Below are positions 28,150 through 38,256 of a stretch of DNA of 49,615 nucleotides, piece by piece. This DNA comes from Deltaproteobacteria bacterium (GTDB taxonomy: Bacteria; Desulfobacterota; Syntrophia; Syntrophales; UBA2185), in NCBI GenBank assembly GCA_037143735.1, contig JBAWYD010000001.1, forward strand, positions 1 to 49,615, in the 5' to 3' direction. Within the stretch, counting starts at the first letter, position 1. Every line of letters starts with the position of its first letter. Made by a program: the position numbers and the translations under genes. Under the pieces are notes generated by a model. The model saw only the letters and a list, made by a program, of their open reading frames with translations, did not search any database and was not told the DNA's origin.

Positions 28150-29397
28150 TCAGGCAAGCCAGTTCCACGGAATGGCGATTACATGAGAGTGGAGCCAACG
28201 GATTTCTGAACCGGTGTATAGAAGGACGCCCCTGACAGTTTGGGGATATGCTTCGAGAAAGAGAAGAAGATTCTTGTAGTCGTTATATCCGGGATTGTCG
28301 GTCATTTTGACTTCGAACGCCAGTAGTTTTCGTCCGTGTTCAATAACGAAATCGACCTCCTTGTTGCCCGTTGTTTGCCAGAAGTATATTTTCCCCTTGG
28401 GGGTCATTAATTCCGTCAAAATCCTCAGGTGCAAGAATATCATGGTTTCAAAGAAATTTCCAAGTTCTCTTCCCTTGCGCAGGGCATCCTCATCGAAGTA
28501 GCCTGACAGATAGACGCTCAATGCGGGATCAACAAAATACAGTTTGGGAGTTTTTTTTATCTGACTGGTGCGATTTACGTAAAAAGCCGGCACCCTGGAG
28601 ACGATGTTCGATATCTCCATAAGCCTAAGGTAACGAAATACAGTGGACTGGCTAACGCCCGTGTCTCTCGCCACGTCGGTCTGTTTCATCATGCAGCCGG
28701 TGCGCAGGGCGAATGATTCCACCACCTTTCTGAAATCAATCAGAGAATCGACCTGAGATAACTGACGCAAGTCTCTTTCCAGATATGTCCTGACGTATCC
28801 CTCCCACCAGAGAGATATCTGCTTGGGATTGTCCAGAGTCAGAAGCGGCGGCATAAAGCCCCGCAAAATCAGCGGCAGCGGATCTGTGGCATCTTTTTTC
28901 TGTTCTTTGATTTCAAGGTCATCGTTCCATAAGTTCAGAAAATTCTGAAATGCATCTTCCTTTCCTGTCATTTCTCCGTGCGACATCGGCAGGAGTTCAA
29001 AATAAACCGCTCTTCCCGCAAGTGTTTCACTTACCTTTTCCATCAACAGGAGATTTGCAGAGCCTGATATGAGGAATCTCAACCTTCTTTGGCTTGAATC
29101 AACGGCAAGTTTTATGGCGGAAAAGACTTCGGGCAATCTCTGTGCTTCGTCGATGATGATTTTTTCCGCCCCTTTCCAGAGGATTTGAGGATCGCTTTTC
29201 GCCTGCTGAAGAATTCTATGATCGTCAAAGCTGACATATCTGAAGTCGGGAAACTCGTTTTGAAGAAGGGTGCTTTTGCCTACTTGTCTTGCGCCCGTTA
29301 AAACCACAACAGGAAATATTTCAATAGCTGCGGCTACTTCCTTAGCCATCCATCTTTTTTTGTAAATCAATTCAGGTGCTGAATAGTTTTCATTCAT
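28150..29397 (-). CDS. AAA+ ATPase with DUF4143-type C-terminal region (COG1373-like) carrying a PD-(D/E)XK-like motif
   Basis: Walker A 'LTGARQVGKST', Walker B 'IIIDEAQ', a wHTH-like 'VSQSTVFRYLRLME', and C-terminal 'EVDFVIEHGRKLLAFEVK'. Confidence 0.85.
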   Translation of the reverse strand: MNENYSAPELIYKKRWMAKEVAAAIEIFPVVVLTGARQVGKSTLLQNEFPDFRYVSFDDHRILQQAKSDPQILWKGAEKIIIDEAQRLPEVFSAIKLAVDSSQRRLRFLISGSANLLLMEKVSETLAGRAVYFELLPMSHGEMTGKEDAFQNFLNLWNDDLEIKEQKKDATDPLPLILRGFMPPLLTLDNPKQISLWWEGYVRTYLERDLRQLSQVDSLIDFRKVVESFALRTGCMMKQTDVARDTGVSQSTVFRYLRLMEISNIVSRVPAFYVNRTSQIKKTPKLYFVDPALSVYLSGYFDEDALRKGRELGNFFETMIFLHLRILTELMTPKGKIYFWQTTGNKEVDFVIEHGRKLLAFEVKMTDNPGYNDYKNLLLFLEAYPQTVRGVLLYTGSEIRWLHSHVIAIPWNWLA

Positions 29398-29452
29398 AAC
29401 GTGAATAATATTTATATTTCTTTATAAGTCAAGATAATTATTGCTTTATGAA

Positions 29453-31006
29453 TCACATCCCAAACTTTTCCTTCGCCCGCTTGCGGAAGGTATGGGGTTT
29501 GATTTTGAGGAGTCGGGCAGCGGCTTCCCGGTTGCCGTCTTTCATTTTGATGGCTTCTTCATAGCAGGACTTTTCAAGATCGTGCAGATATGCGTCGATG
29601 TCCAGACCTTCGGGCGGGACGGAGGTTTGCCGGAAAGGCGTAGAGGGCGTATCTTTAGAAGACAGGAATGAAGGTGATGTTTCCGGAGGCAGGTCTGCGT
29701 CTCTGATAACATTGCCTTTTGATATAACAAATGCCCGCTCCATAGCGTTCTCGAGTTCCCGAATGTTGCCCGGCCAGGCGTAATCAAGGATTTGTTTCAT
29801 TGCTTCCCGGCTGAGCTGCTTCTTCTGACGGTAACGATGGTTATGGTTGTTCAAAAAATGCTCCACGAGGAAAGGAATATCTTCTTTTCTGTCGCGTAAG
29901 GGCGGCATCTGAATATCGATGACCTTCAGCCGGTAATACAAGTCTTCCCGGAATTTGCCTGCGGTGACGAACCCGGCCAGATCCCGGTTGGTGGCGGCGA
30001 TAACCCGCACATCCGTCTTTATGGGGTTCAAGCCGCCGACGCGCGTGATCTCATAATCCTGCAGAACCCGGAGGATCTTGGCCTGGGCGGGCAGGGGCAT
30101 ATCGCCTATTTCGTCGAGGAAAATGGTTCCTTTGTTAGCCAGTTCGAATTTGCCCTTCTTCTGCTGAATCGCACCGGTAAACGCGCCCTTTTCATGGCCG
30201 AAAAGTTCGCTTTCCACGAGGGTTTCCGGAATGGCCGCGCAGTTAACCACAATGAAAGGCTCAGTTTTTCTCGCACTGTTGAAATGAACCGCACGGGCGA
30301 TGAGTTCCTTGCCCGTACCGGTTTCCCCTTGAATTATGACGGCAGAGTCATACCGGGAAGCAGCCCTGACCACATCAATTACCTTCTCCAGGGCAGGGCT
30401 TTTACCGATCATCCGGAGATCGGAAAATTCGCGAACAATGTCGTCCCTTTCCGCCTCTAACTGTTCTTTTCTCAATAAGGTTACGACATAATCAAGATTC
30501 TCCAGTGCAGGGGACGAAATCAGGGGAAAGTTATCGAGAGGTAAATGGATTTCGGAGACAGCCTTTTGACGGGGCCTCAAAAACCTGGGCGGTGTGATTT
30601 TGAGCAGAGTCGCCGGAACCAGTCCTGACCGGGAAAGGAGAAACCAGATTGTCTGCATCTGCGGCGTCCCGGATGCCGTGGCAATCCAGTAAGATGGCTG
30701 CTCATTTTTGTGCTTGCCCATGATATCCTGACAGAGCCTGTTCATATGGAGAAACAGGTTTTCATAGTCCGTAGGATCAGAAATGTCGATGTTTAGTATG
30801 CTGGTTTCGACGTCATTCACGCGTCCGGCGATCTCATCCTGAAGGTTGTGGGCATTGGTCAGGGTATTCGGGGTTGTAAAAATATATATCCACTGGAAAT
30901 GCCGCTCCCCGAGAAGCGTCAGCACGGGGCCTTCGGAATTGATGCCCTGGATGATTTCGAGGTTGAATGGATCCCGGTTGCCGGCAAAGGTGAGCAGTAT
31001 ATCCAT
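29453..31006 (-). CDS. Sigma-54-dependent transcriptional activator with an RtcR-like CARF N-terminal domain
   Basis: AAA+ core 'GETGTGKE', '[15 protein letters not shown]' (GAFTGA) and 'IFLDEIGDM'. C-terminal Fis-type HTH '[19 protein letters not shown]'. The N-terminal ~170 aa, including '[19 protein letters not shown]', align with 'YLIHITTGTHVAQICWFLL' of E. coli RtcR. Confidence 0.85.
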   Translation of the reverse strand: MDILLTFAGNRDPFNLEIIQGINSEGPVLTLLGERHFQWIYIFTTPNTLTNAHNLQDEIAGRVNDVETSILNIDISDPTDYENLFLHMNRLCQDIMGKHKNEQPSYWIATASGTPQMQTIWFLLSRSGLVPATLLKITPPRFLRPRQKAVSEIHLPLDNFPLISSPALENLDYVVTLLRKEQLEAERDDIVREFSDLRMIGKSPALEKVIDVVRAASRYDSAVIIQGETGTGKELIARAVHFNSARKTEPFIVVNCAAIPETLVESELFGHEKGAFTGAIQQKKGKFELANKGTIFLDEIGDMPLPAQAKILRVLQDYEITRVGGLNPIKTDVRVIAATNRDLAGFVTAGKFREDLYYRLKVIDIQMPPLRDRKEDIPFLVEHFLNNHNHRYRQKKQLSREAMKQILDYAWPGNIRELENAMERAFVISKGNVIRDADLPPETSPSFLSSKDTPSTPFRQTSVPPEGLDIDAYLHDLEKSCYEEAIKMKDGNREAAARLLKIKPHTFRKRAKEKFGM

Positions 31007-31020
31007 AGCGATTCCTCAGA

Positions 31021-31428
31021 TTACGGTTTAACGCCTCTGATCTCAAGAAATTCCCGGGGTGTGACAATGTTTATTCCCTGATACCGGCGGACATCAATCA
31101 GCGCCTTGTCACCGGAGACGACATATTGGGCCTTCAGGGCCAGGGCGCAGGCGATGAATTTGTCGTCGTCCGGGTCAGCGACGACATGAACTTCCGGCGT
31201 TCTGGTCGTAAAGACAATGTGGAAGCCGGTGGCGAAAAGCTTCAGCAATTCCTCCAGCTCCTGCGTATTGTCGAATCCCAGGCGACGGAGAACTTCGATG
31301 TATTCATCAAAGATTTCCTGCGAAAGGCAGAGTGTCAGGCGGCCATCTTTCCATAAATCGATGATTGCTCTCGGGTTGCCTCCGAAGAAGGAGGAAATGA
31401 AAACATTGGTATCCAGGACGACCCTCAT
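31021..31428 (-). CDS. PIN-domain toxin (putative RNase)
   Basis: 'MRVVLDTNVFIS' (first acidic residue), 'EEL', 'DPDDDKFIACA' and 'VVSGDKAL' are typical of the PIN_3/TIGR00305-type family. ATGA overlap with the upstream antitoxin gene. Confidence 0.85.
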   Translation of the reverse strand: MRVVLDTNVFISSFFGGNPRAIIDLWKDGRLTLCLSQEIFDEYIEVLRRLGFDNTQELEELLKLFATGFHIVFTTRTPEVHVVADPDDDKFIACALALKAQYVVSGDKALIDVRRYQGINIVTPREFLEIRGVKP

Positions 31429-31673
31429 GTCTTGCCCTGCCTGACTTCCTGAATGGTCTCGGAAATCCGGTCGGCTGTGACGCCCTGCGAGACCAGCCGC
31501 ATTCCGATTTTTTCCCAGAGACCGTCCACATATGCGGCTATATCGCGGCTGGATATATATTCCTCCAGCAGCTCCCGGACGACGTCGCTGGTCGTTTTCC
31601 CCTCCGCCCGCGCAAAGCGGTTTACTTTATCTTTAAGCACAGGATCGATCCGGATGATCATCTGGGTAGACAT
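31425..31673 (-). CDS. RHH-type antitoxin partner of the PIN toxin
   Basis: 'MSTQMIIRIDPVLKDKVNRFARAEGKTTSDVVRELLEEYI' fits the RHH pattern. AAGGAGGAG RBS lies 6 nt upstream of the ATG at 31673 (ORF-track start 31724). Confidence 0.7.
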   Translation of the reverse strand: MSTQMIIRIDPVLKDKVNRFARAEGKTTSDVVRELLEEYISSRDIAAYVDGLWEKIGMRLVSQGVTADRISETIQEVRQGKT

Positions 31674-31783
31674 GGCGCTCCTCCTTTTGTGAAACCGTAT
31701 TAAACGTTTATACGATATATACAAAAGAAAACAGTGTCAAGAAAATTTTCAGCCGATAAAATCTGATGGGTTCGTAAAATGTC

Positions 31784-31862
31784 GTCATTCCGGCGAAAGC
31801 CAGAATCCAGAATAAATGTAACTACTGGAAAGAACTGGATTCCGGATCAAGTCCGGAATGAC
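31784..31862. repeat. About 79-bp nested-palindrome (REP/MITE-like) intergenic element
   Basis: Outer perfect 10-bp inverted repeat GTCATTCCGG (31784..31793) / CCGGAATGAC (31853..31862). Inner inverted repeat CCAGAATCCAG (31800..31810) / CTGGATTCCGG (31835..31845) with one mismatch. Confidence 0.6.
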
Positions 31863-31903
31863 AAAGTAGGGATTTAAGGTGTGAGGCTTGATTTTAACGG
31901 CAA

Positions 31904-32287
31904 TCATCCATATCCCAGTTCGATCAGCCTGTCTTCGCTGATCCCTATGAAGTGGGCGATCTCGTGTACGACGGTGATTTCGATCTCTTCCTCTAACTCC
32001 TCCAGCGTTTCGCACATCTCCTCGATGGGTTTACGGAAGATGTAGATCGTGTCCGGATAAAGAGGAGGATAGAGGGCTGTGCGCTCCGTCATGGCGGTGC
32101 CCACATATAAACCCAGAGGAGAGTCCTCCGTCGACAACCCCAGTTCCTTCAGCATTTTCCGGGAGGGCTTTTCACGGACGGAGATCAGAACATTGTCAAG
32201 GTAATGGCGGATCTCCTCGGGAATGCGGGAGATCGCCCTTTCTACGATCCTGAAGAAATCCTTTTCGGACAGTGTTTTTACAGCCAA
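31904..32287 (-). CDS. Small zinc metallopeptidase-family protein (DUF1025/minigluzincin-like)
   Basis: 127 aa with HExxH 'VVHEIAHFIGISEDRL' near the C-terminus. Confidence 0.75.
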   Translation of the reverse strand: MAVKTLSEKDFFRIVERAISRIPEEIRHYLDNVLISVREKPSRKMLKELGLSTEDSPLGLYVGTAMTERTALYPPLYPDTIYIFRKPIEEMCETLEELEEEIEITVVHEIAHFIGISEDRLIELGYG

Positions 32288-32478
32288 TGTGCAAACCTCC
32301 GTCGAAAATCCGGTACGTTATGATATAAGAATTCTTTCACAAGTAAAGATTATAATCGTCGTCATGGTTAAACCGGCGGCTTATTTTTTACTTCTGCTTG
32401 AAAGTCAAATATTTCTGTGATAGCGTACGCGGTCATTGATTACGAAACAATAAGCATCATACAAGTTAGGAGAGTCAG

Positions 32479-35265
32479 ATGGACTACAAAGATACCTTGA
32501 ATTTGCCGAAAACAGATTTTCCCATGAAGGCGAACCTTGCCCGTAAAGAACCGGAAATGCTCAAATCATGGCAGGAGGTGGATATTTACGGGAAGATCAG
32601 AGAGGCGTCAAAGGGAAGAGAGCTATACATCCTTCATGACGGGCCTCCTTATGCCAACGGAAGCATCCATCTGGGCACGGCATTGAACAAGGTCATCAAG
32701 GATATGGTCATCAAGGCGAAAAACATGTCCGGTGCAGACAGCATTTATGTTCCCGGGTGGGACTGTCACGGCCTTCCCATCGAACACCAGGTTGAGAAAG
32801 AACTGGGTGGAAAACAGTCTTCCATGTCCCAGGCGGATAAGCGGCGGTTCTGTCGGGCTTTTGCAGAAAAATTTGTAGGCATTCAGCGGGAGCAGTTCAA
32901 ACGGCTGGGCGTATTCGGAGAATGGGAGAAACCCTATCTGACCATGAGTTACGCCTATGAGGCGGCGACCGTCGAGGAATTCGGCAAGCTCCTGTTCAAC
33001 GGCGATGTGTACAAGGGGAAGAAGCCCGTATACTGGTGCGCCTCCTGCAAGACGGCCCTGGCAGAGGCCGAGGTCGAGTACGGCGATCATATCACCCCGT
33101 CCATCTATGTCAAGTTTTCCATGATATCGGATATTTCCCCGGTGCGCCCGAAGCTGAAAGGGGAGAAAATCAGTGTGGTGATCTGGACCACGACGCCCTG
33201 GACCCTTCCCCCGAACCAGGCGATTGCCCTGCACGCGGATTTTGTCTATGTTGCCGTGAAGGTTGGTGATGAGGTCTTGATTCTTGCCAAGGAACTGCTG
33301 GATTACTGCATGGATGCCTTTGGTTACAAGACCTTTGAAGTTCTCGATGAATTTCCCGGTTCGGCCCTGGAAGGTCTCAAATGCAGACATCCGTTCATTG
33401 ACCGGGAGAGCCTCCTCATCCTGGCGCCATTTGTAACACTCGATGCCGGAACGGGATGCGTGCATATCGCACCGGGCCATGGCCAGGAAGACTATGAAAT
33501 CGGCATGCAGTACGGTCTGAATAACTACGCCCCCGTCGATGACGACGGAAAATATACCTCCGATGTGGCCTTTTTTGCCGGGCAGTTTGTCTTTGACGCG
33601 AATGAGTCGGTGATCAAAAAGCTCGATGAGATCGGCGCCCTGCTCAATCGCGTGGATATTGAGCATTCCTACCCCCACTGCTGGCGGTGCAAAAAACCCA
33701 TCATTTTCCGCTCCACGGAACAGTGGTTTATTTCCATGGAGAAGAACAACCTGAGAGAAAAAGCCCTTGAAGCCATCGATACGGTCCGTTGGGTGCCGAC
33801 GTGGGGCCGTGACCGGATATTCGGGATGATCAAGAACCGTCCGGACTGGTGTATTTCCCGTCAGCGCCTGTGGGGCGTGCCGATTACCATGTTTTACTGC
33901 AACCACTGCAAAAGCGAGGTCATGACGAAGGACATCATGGACCATGTGGTGAAACTGGTCGGCGAATACGGCGCCGATGTATGGTTTGAGAAAGAACCGA
34001 AAGACCTGATGCCCGCAGGAATTGTCTGTCCCGCTTGCGGGAAGGATACATTCACAAAGGAGACCGATATTCTGGATGTGTGGTTTGATTCCGGCGTCAG
34101 TCATGCCGCCGTGCTGGAAAAGTGGTCCAGTCTGAGATCCCCTGCCGATATGTATCTGGAAGGAAGCGACCAGCACCGGGGGTGGTTCCATTCTTCCCTG
34201 CTGGAATCGGTCGGAACCAGAGGCCGCGCCCCTTATAAAACCGTTTTGACCCACGGTTTTGTCGTTGACGGCGAGGGAAAGAAGATGTCCAAGTCGGTGG
34301 GCAACGTCATCGATTCCCAGGAAATCATCGATCAATACGGTGCGGAAATCCTGAGACTCTGGGTGGCCGCCGAGGATTACACCCAGGATATCAGAATTTC
34401 AAATGAAATCCTGGATCGCCTTGTGGAAGCCTACAGGCGCATACGCAACACGAGCCGCTTTATTCTGGGGAACCTGTATGATTTTGATTGCACAAGTCAT
34501 ATGGTCCCCTATGCCGATATGGAAGAAATGGACAGATGGGCGCTTCACAGACTTCAGGAGATTATCGGGCGAGTGAGGGATGCCTATGATCAATATCAGT
34601 TCCATGTGGTCTTCTATACCCTTTACAATTTCTGTACCGTTGACCTCAGCGCCCTGTACCTGGACGTCCTGAAGGACAGGCTCTATACCTCCAGGGCGCA
34701 GTCGGGGAAGCGCCGGTCCGCGCAGAGCGCCATGTACATGATTCTTGACGCTATGACGCGATTGCTTGCACCCATCCTGACGTTTACGGCGGAAGAGATA
34801 TGGTCGTCGCTGCCGTCTCATGGAGGCAAAGAGATCAGTGTGCACCTGACTCGTCTCCCCTCCGCAAGTCCTGAATTGACGGATATGGAACTCGCGGAAC
34901 GCTGGAAAACCATGGTCGCGTTAAAGGGTGAGGTTTCAAAGGCCGTTGAAATTGCCAGACAGAAGAAGGTGATTGGTCACACACTGGACGCCCGTGTGGA
35001 TATTGCCCCGCCGGAAAAACTCAGGGAGTTCCTTGCTGCCCGTCTGGAAGATATGAGGGCGTTGTTGATCGTGTCCCAGGTGGATATTGTGCCCATAGAC
35101 AGCCTTACTGACCCCTATGTGAGCGGGGAATTTGAGGGCCTGACCATCGGTGTCTCAAGGGCGCGGGGAGAAAAATGCAGCCGGTGCTGGGTATTCTGCG
35201 AGTCCGTGGGGGTGAACGCCGAACACCCGACCATCTGTACCCGATGCTGCGGCAATCTTGAGTAA
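32479..35265 (+). CDS. ileS: Isoleucine--tRNA ligase
   Basis: 928 aa. HIGH-type '[11 protein letters not shown]', 'KMSKS', a CP1 editing domain, and a C-terminal Zn finger 'CSRCW...CTRCC'. Confidence 0.98.
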   Translation: MDYKDTLNLPKTDFPMKANLARKEPEMLKSWQEVDIYGKIREASKGRELYILHDGPPYANGSIHLGTALNKVIKDMVIKAKNMSGADSIYVPGWDCHGLPIEHQVEKELGGKQSSMSQADKRRFCRAFAEKFVGIQREQFKRLGVFGEWEKPYLTMSYAYEAATVEEFGKLLFNGDVYKGKKPVYWCASCKTALAEAEVEYGDHITPSIYVKFSMISDISPVRPKLKGEKISVVIWTTTPWTLPPNQAIALHADFVYVAVKVGDEVLILAKELLDYCMDAFGYKTFEVLDEFPGSALEGLKCRHPFIDRESLLILAPFVTLDAGTGCVHIAPGHGQEDYEIGMQYGLNNYAPVDDDGKYTSDVAFFAGQFVFDANESVIKKLDEIGALLNRVDIEHSYPHCWRCKKPIIFRSTEQWFISMEKNNLREKALEAIDTVRWVPTWGRDRIFGMIKNRPDWCISRQRLWGVPITMFYCNHCKSEVMTKDIMDHVVKLVGEYGADVWFEKEPKDLMPAGIVCPACGKDTFTKETDILDVWFDSGVSHAAVLEKWSSLRSPADMYLEGSDQHRGWFHSSLLESVGTRGRAPYKTVLTHGFVVDGEGKKMSKSVGNVIDSQEIIDQYGAEILRLWVAAEDYTQDIRISNEILDRLVEAYRRIRNTSRFILGNLYDFDCTSHMVPYADMEEMDRWALHRLQEIIGRVRDAYDQYQFHVVFYTLYNFCTVDLSALYLDVLKDRLYTSRAQSGKRRSAQSAMYMILDAMTRLLAPILTFTAEEIWSSLPSHGGKEISVHLTRLPSASPELTDMELAERWKTMVALKGEVSKAVEIARQKKVIGHTLDARVDIAPPEKLREFLAARLEDMRALLIVSQVDIVPIDSLTDPYVSGEFEGLTIGVSRARGEKCSRCWVFCESVGVNAEHPTICTRCCGNLE

Positions 35266-35279
35266 TCAGAGGACGACCC

Positions 35280-35795
35280 TTGAACAAGAAAATCGTCGTT
35301 TTGATGACAACGGTCGGCTTTGTGGTTCTTCTGGATCTGGTCACCAAGGCTTACATTGCATCGACCATGTTCCTTCATGAGTCATTTGCCGTCATTGAAG
35401 GCTTTTTCAATATCACCTACATCCGGAATCCTGGCGCCGCATTCGGATTTCTTGCCGGGGCGTCACCCGGGTTCCGCATCACCTTCTTCCTGTTTGTCAC
35501 CATCGCCGTCATGGTCATGATTCTTTATTATATCATCAAAAGCGACACGGTGGATCTCCTCGAAACCTTTTCTTTGTCCCTCATTCTTTCCGGCGCTCTG
35601 GGGAATATGATAGACCGGGTGAGGTTCGGAGAAGTGATTGACTTTATCGATGTCTATATCGGATCGCATCACTGGCCTGCTTTTAATGTGGCTGATTCAG
35701 CGATTTCCGTTGGAGCCGTCATGATCGTCATTGCCATGTTGAAAAAAAAGGAACAGGGAGATCATTCTCCATCCGGGAAAATAAAAGAGGGCTGA
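35280..35795 (+). CDS. lspA: Lipoprotein signal peptidase II
   Basis: TTG start. 'NPGAAFGF', 'GNMIDR' and 'FNVADSAI' motifs. Canonical ileS-lspA linkage. Confidence 0.93.
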   Translation: MNKKIVVLMTTVGFVVLLDLVTKAYIASTMFLHESFAVIEGFFNITYIRNPGAAFGFLAGASPGFRITFFLFVTIAVMVMILYYIIKSDTVDLLETFSLSLILSGALGNMIDRVRFGEVIDFIDVYIGSHHWPAFNVADSAISVGAVMIVIAMLKKKEQGDHSPSGKIKEG

Positions 35796-35829
35796 TGAAG
35801 ATCGGTATGCGTAAGGGGTTCATGTCAAC

Positions 35830-37182
35830 ATGAAAAGGGCTTTGTCAAAACTCTTGTCGCCACAGAAAATATTCATCCTCAGTTTCGCCGTCACTATTCT
35901 GATCGGGGCCATTCTTCTGTGGTCTCCTTTTTCAGCCGGTCGCGGCCATATCTCTTTTGTGGATGCCCTTTTTACCTCCGCATCGGCTGTCTGTGTGACG
36001 GGTCTTGCCGTTCTGGATATCGGCAAAGCCTTCTCCGTTCCCGGGCAGATGATTACCCTGTTTCTGTTCCAGGTCGGAGGGCTGGGAATCATCACCTTTT
36101 CGGTGGTGCTGTTCGGTTTGATGGGGCGGGGAATTTCGTTCAAGGGACGGGAAATCGTTCAATCGACGTTTCTCCATACACCGCGAAGGGATTTATTTGT
36201 CATTGTGAAATGGGTTCTCGCGTTGACTTTTGTGATTGAAGCTGTTGGGACCCTTTTGTTGTTTGTTCGATTTTCCCGGGATTTTTCACCGGGCTGGGCA
36301 TTCTATCACGCGTTATATAACGCAGTCTCTGCCTTCAATAATTGCGGGTATTCACTTTTTTCAGATAACTTAATGGGTTATCAGAGTGATGTGATAGTCA
36401 ATCTCACCATCATGGGCCTGATTGTTCTTGGAGGGATCGGCTTTATCGTGCAGTATGAAATCATTTCCTGGTTGCGGGGGTTTCAGAAAAAACTCTCCAT
36501 TCATACTAAAATTGTTTTACTGATGACATCCGTTTTGATTCTGGGCGGGGCTATATTGTTTTATCTATTTGAAATAAATCATATTATCAAGGATGCCCCG
36601 ATCAAGACACAGATACTGACGTCGTTCTTTCAGTCTGTCGTTCCGCGGACAGCGGGTTTTAACACGGTGGATATCGGTCAGTTGACCAATGCGACAATCC
36701 TTGTCATGATCATCCTCATGTTTATCGGCGCCTCCCCGGGCTCCACGGGAGGTGGGATTAAAACGACGAGTTTTACCCTGCTCCTTCTCATGATCTGGAG
36801 CAGGCTGAAAGGCCGGGAAGAGGTCAACATCTTCAACAGAACCATTCCCGGCGAGGTTTTGACCAGAACCATTGCCATCATCTTTGCGTCTGCCTTCTCG
36901 ATTACTCTTATCACCTCCATTCTTTTGATATTAGGGAACGAGAGCACATTGCCGCCATTGAATACCCGCCACTTTTTTGTGGAGTATCTTTTTGAGACCG
37001 TATCCGCCTTTGGCACGGTGGGTCTGTCCATGGGGATTACGGCAAACATGAACGACATGCAGAAACTGGCCATTATTTTGATGATGTTTGCCGGAAGGGT
37101 AGGGCCTTTGACGCTTGCCTTTTCCTGGTATGCTTCAAAAAGGGGGTTAACCTATGCAGAGGAATCCGTTATGGTGGGCTAA
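35830..37182 (+). CDS. trkH: TrkH/KtrB-family potassium uptake membrane subunit
   Basis: 450 aa polytopic protein with repeated selectivity-filter-like 'GLG' and 'TAGF/TGGG/TVGLS' P-loops. Confidence 0.9.
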   Translation: MKRALSKLLSPQKIFILSFAVTILIGAILLWSPFSAGRGHISFVDALFTSASAVCVTGLAVLDIGKAFSVPGQMITLFLFQVGGLGIITFSVVLFGLMGRGISFKGREIVQSTFLHTPRRDLFVIVKWVLALTFVIEAVGTLLLFVRFSRDFSPGWAFYHALYNAVSAFNNCGYSLFSDNLMGYQSDVIVNLTIMGLIVLGGIGFIVQYEIISWLRGFQKKLSIHTKIVLLMTSVLILGGAILFYLFEINHIIKDAPIKTQILTSFFQSVVPRTAGFNTVDIGQLTNATILVMIILMFIGASPGSTGGGIKTTSFTLLLLMIWSRLKGREEVNIFNRTIPGEVLTRTIAIIFASAFSITLITSILLILGNESTLPPLNTRHFFVEYLFETVSAFGTVGLSMGITANMNDMQKLAIILMMFAGRVGPLTLAFSWYASKRGLTYAEESVMVG

Positions 37183-37194
37183 GGAGGTTTAACA

Positions 37195-37842
37195 ATGCAA
37201 CGTGTTATTGTCATCGGATTGGGCATTTTTGGCTTCAACATCGTTAAGGAGTTGTATGAAAACGGATTTGAGGTCATTGCCGTCGATAAAAACAAAGACG
37301 CCATCCAGCGCGTGAGGGATTTTGCGACAAAGGCCATTCTGGCGGATGGCACGGACAATGAAGTCATGGAACTCATAGGCATCCATGAAGATGACGTGGC
37401 GATCATTTCATTTGGAGAAGATCTGGCGGCGGCCACGCTCATTACTCTTCACCTCAAGCAGATGAGGGTCAAGAATATCATTGTGAAGGCGCCTAATGAA
37501 GAACACAAGCTCATCCTGGAAAAGGTGGGGGCGACGGATGTAATCATCCCGGAGAAAGAAATTGCCGGCAAGGTCGCCAAGAGCCTTATTTCACCAAACG
37601 TCCTGGACTGTCTTCCCCTTTCCGACGGTTACATGATCTATGAAATTGCTCCCCCTCACGGATTTCTGGGAAAAAGCATCGGGGAACTTCAGTTAAGAAG
37701 CAAATATCATGTCGAAGTTATTGCCGTCCGGGACGTCCTGACGGATCAGGTTCATATGGTGCCGCGGGCGGATCTTGTGCTCAAGGATGGAGAGGTTCTC
37801 GTGGTAATTGCCAGGGAGAAGGATATAAAGAAGATCAAATAA
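37195..37842 (+). CDS. trkA: TrkA/KtrA-type RCK (TrkA-N + TrkA-C) potassium uptake regulatory subunit
   Basis: 'VIVIGLGIFGFNIVKEL' Rossmann motif plus a C-terminal TrkA-C fold. Adjacent to trkH. Confidence 0.9.
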   Translation: MQRVIVIGLGIFGFNIVKELYENGFEVIAVDKNKDAIQRVRDFATKAILADGTDNEVMELIGIHEDDVAIISFGEDLAAATLITLHLKQMRVKNIIVKAPNEEHKLILEKVGATDVIIPEKEIAGKVAKSLISPNVLDCLPLSDGYMIYEIAPPHGFLGKSIGELQLRSKYHVEVIAVRDVLTDQVHMVPRADLVLKDGEVLVVIAREKDIKKIK

Positions 37843-37861
37843 ATAAGGAAAGAAGGAATAT

Positions 37862-38161
37862 ATGAATGTAATCATTGATTTTTCGATTTTTCCGATGGAC
37901 AAGGGAGAGAGCGTCAGCGCTTATGCGTCACGTGCCGTGAAAATCATCAAAGCCAGCGGTCTTGCGCATCACATCGGACCCATGGGGACGGCCATCGAAG
38001 GGCAGTGGGATGAAGTCATCGGCGTGATAGGCCGTTGCATGGAGGATCTCCAGAAGGACTGCGACCGGCTGTATATGACCATGAAGGTGGACTACCGGAA
38101 AAAGGGAGAACCCGGACGAATTGCAAAGAAGGTCAAAACGGTAGAGAAAAAGTCAGTCTGA
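37862..38161 (+). CDS. MTH1187/YkoF-like (UPF0045) small thiamine-binding-family protein
   Basis: 99 aa. 'FSIFPMDKGESVSAYASRAVKIIKASGLAHHIGPMGTAIEG' is typical of the family. Confidence 0.8.
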   Translation: MNVIIDFSIFPMDKGESVSAYASRAVKIIKASGLAHHIGPMGTAIEGQWDEVIGVIGRCMEDLQKDCDRLYMTMKVDYRKKGEPGRIAKKVKTVEKKSV

Positions 38162-38256
38162 TTTAACTCAACAGTTTAGGTTGTAGAAATCGATTTTTGC
38201 CCGAAGCGCGGGTTTCTCCAGGATTTATTCGATTGATGGTTAAGACACAGGGGTTT

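Noticed and set aside
31785-32015. 76-aa ORF spanning the palindromic repeat and the metallopeptidase 3' end
   Set aside because: It is a translation of the nested-palindrome repeat element (the typical '...IPDLIRNP...' read-through) and overlaps a better-supported gene.
23392-32400. Evidence that the accessory block is a mobile element (integrase, transposase, att repeats, flanking tRNA) or a CRISPR-cas locus (because of the CARF protein)
   Set aside because: No integrase, transposase or cas genes and no CRISPR repeats are present. I found no direct repeats at the borders. Only the compositional shift and a REP-like element support horizontal origin.
32623-34335. 570-aa ORF antisense to ileS
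   Set aside because: It is opposite a canonical ileS gene (HIGH and KMSKS motifs). This is an antisense open frame artefact.
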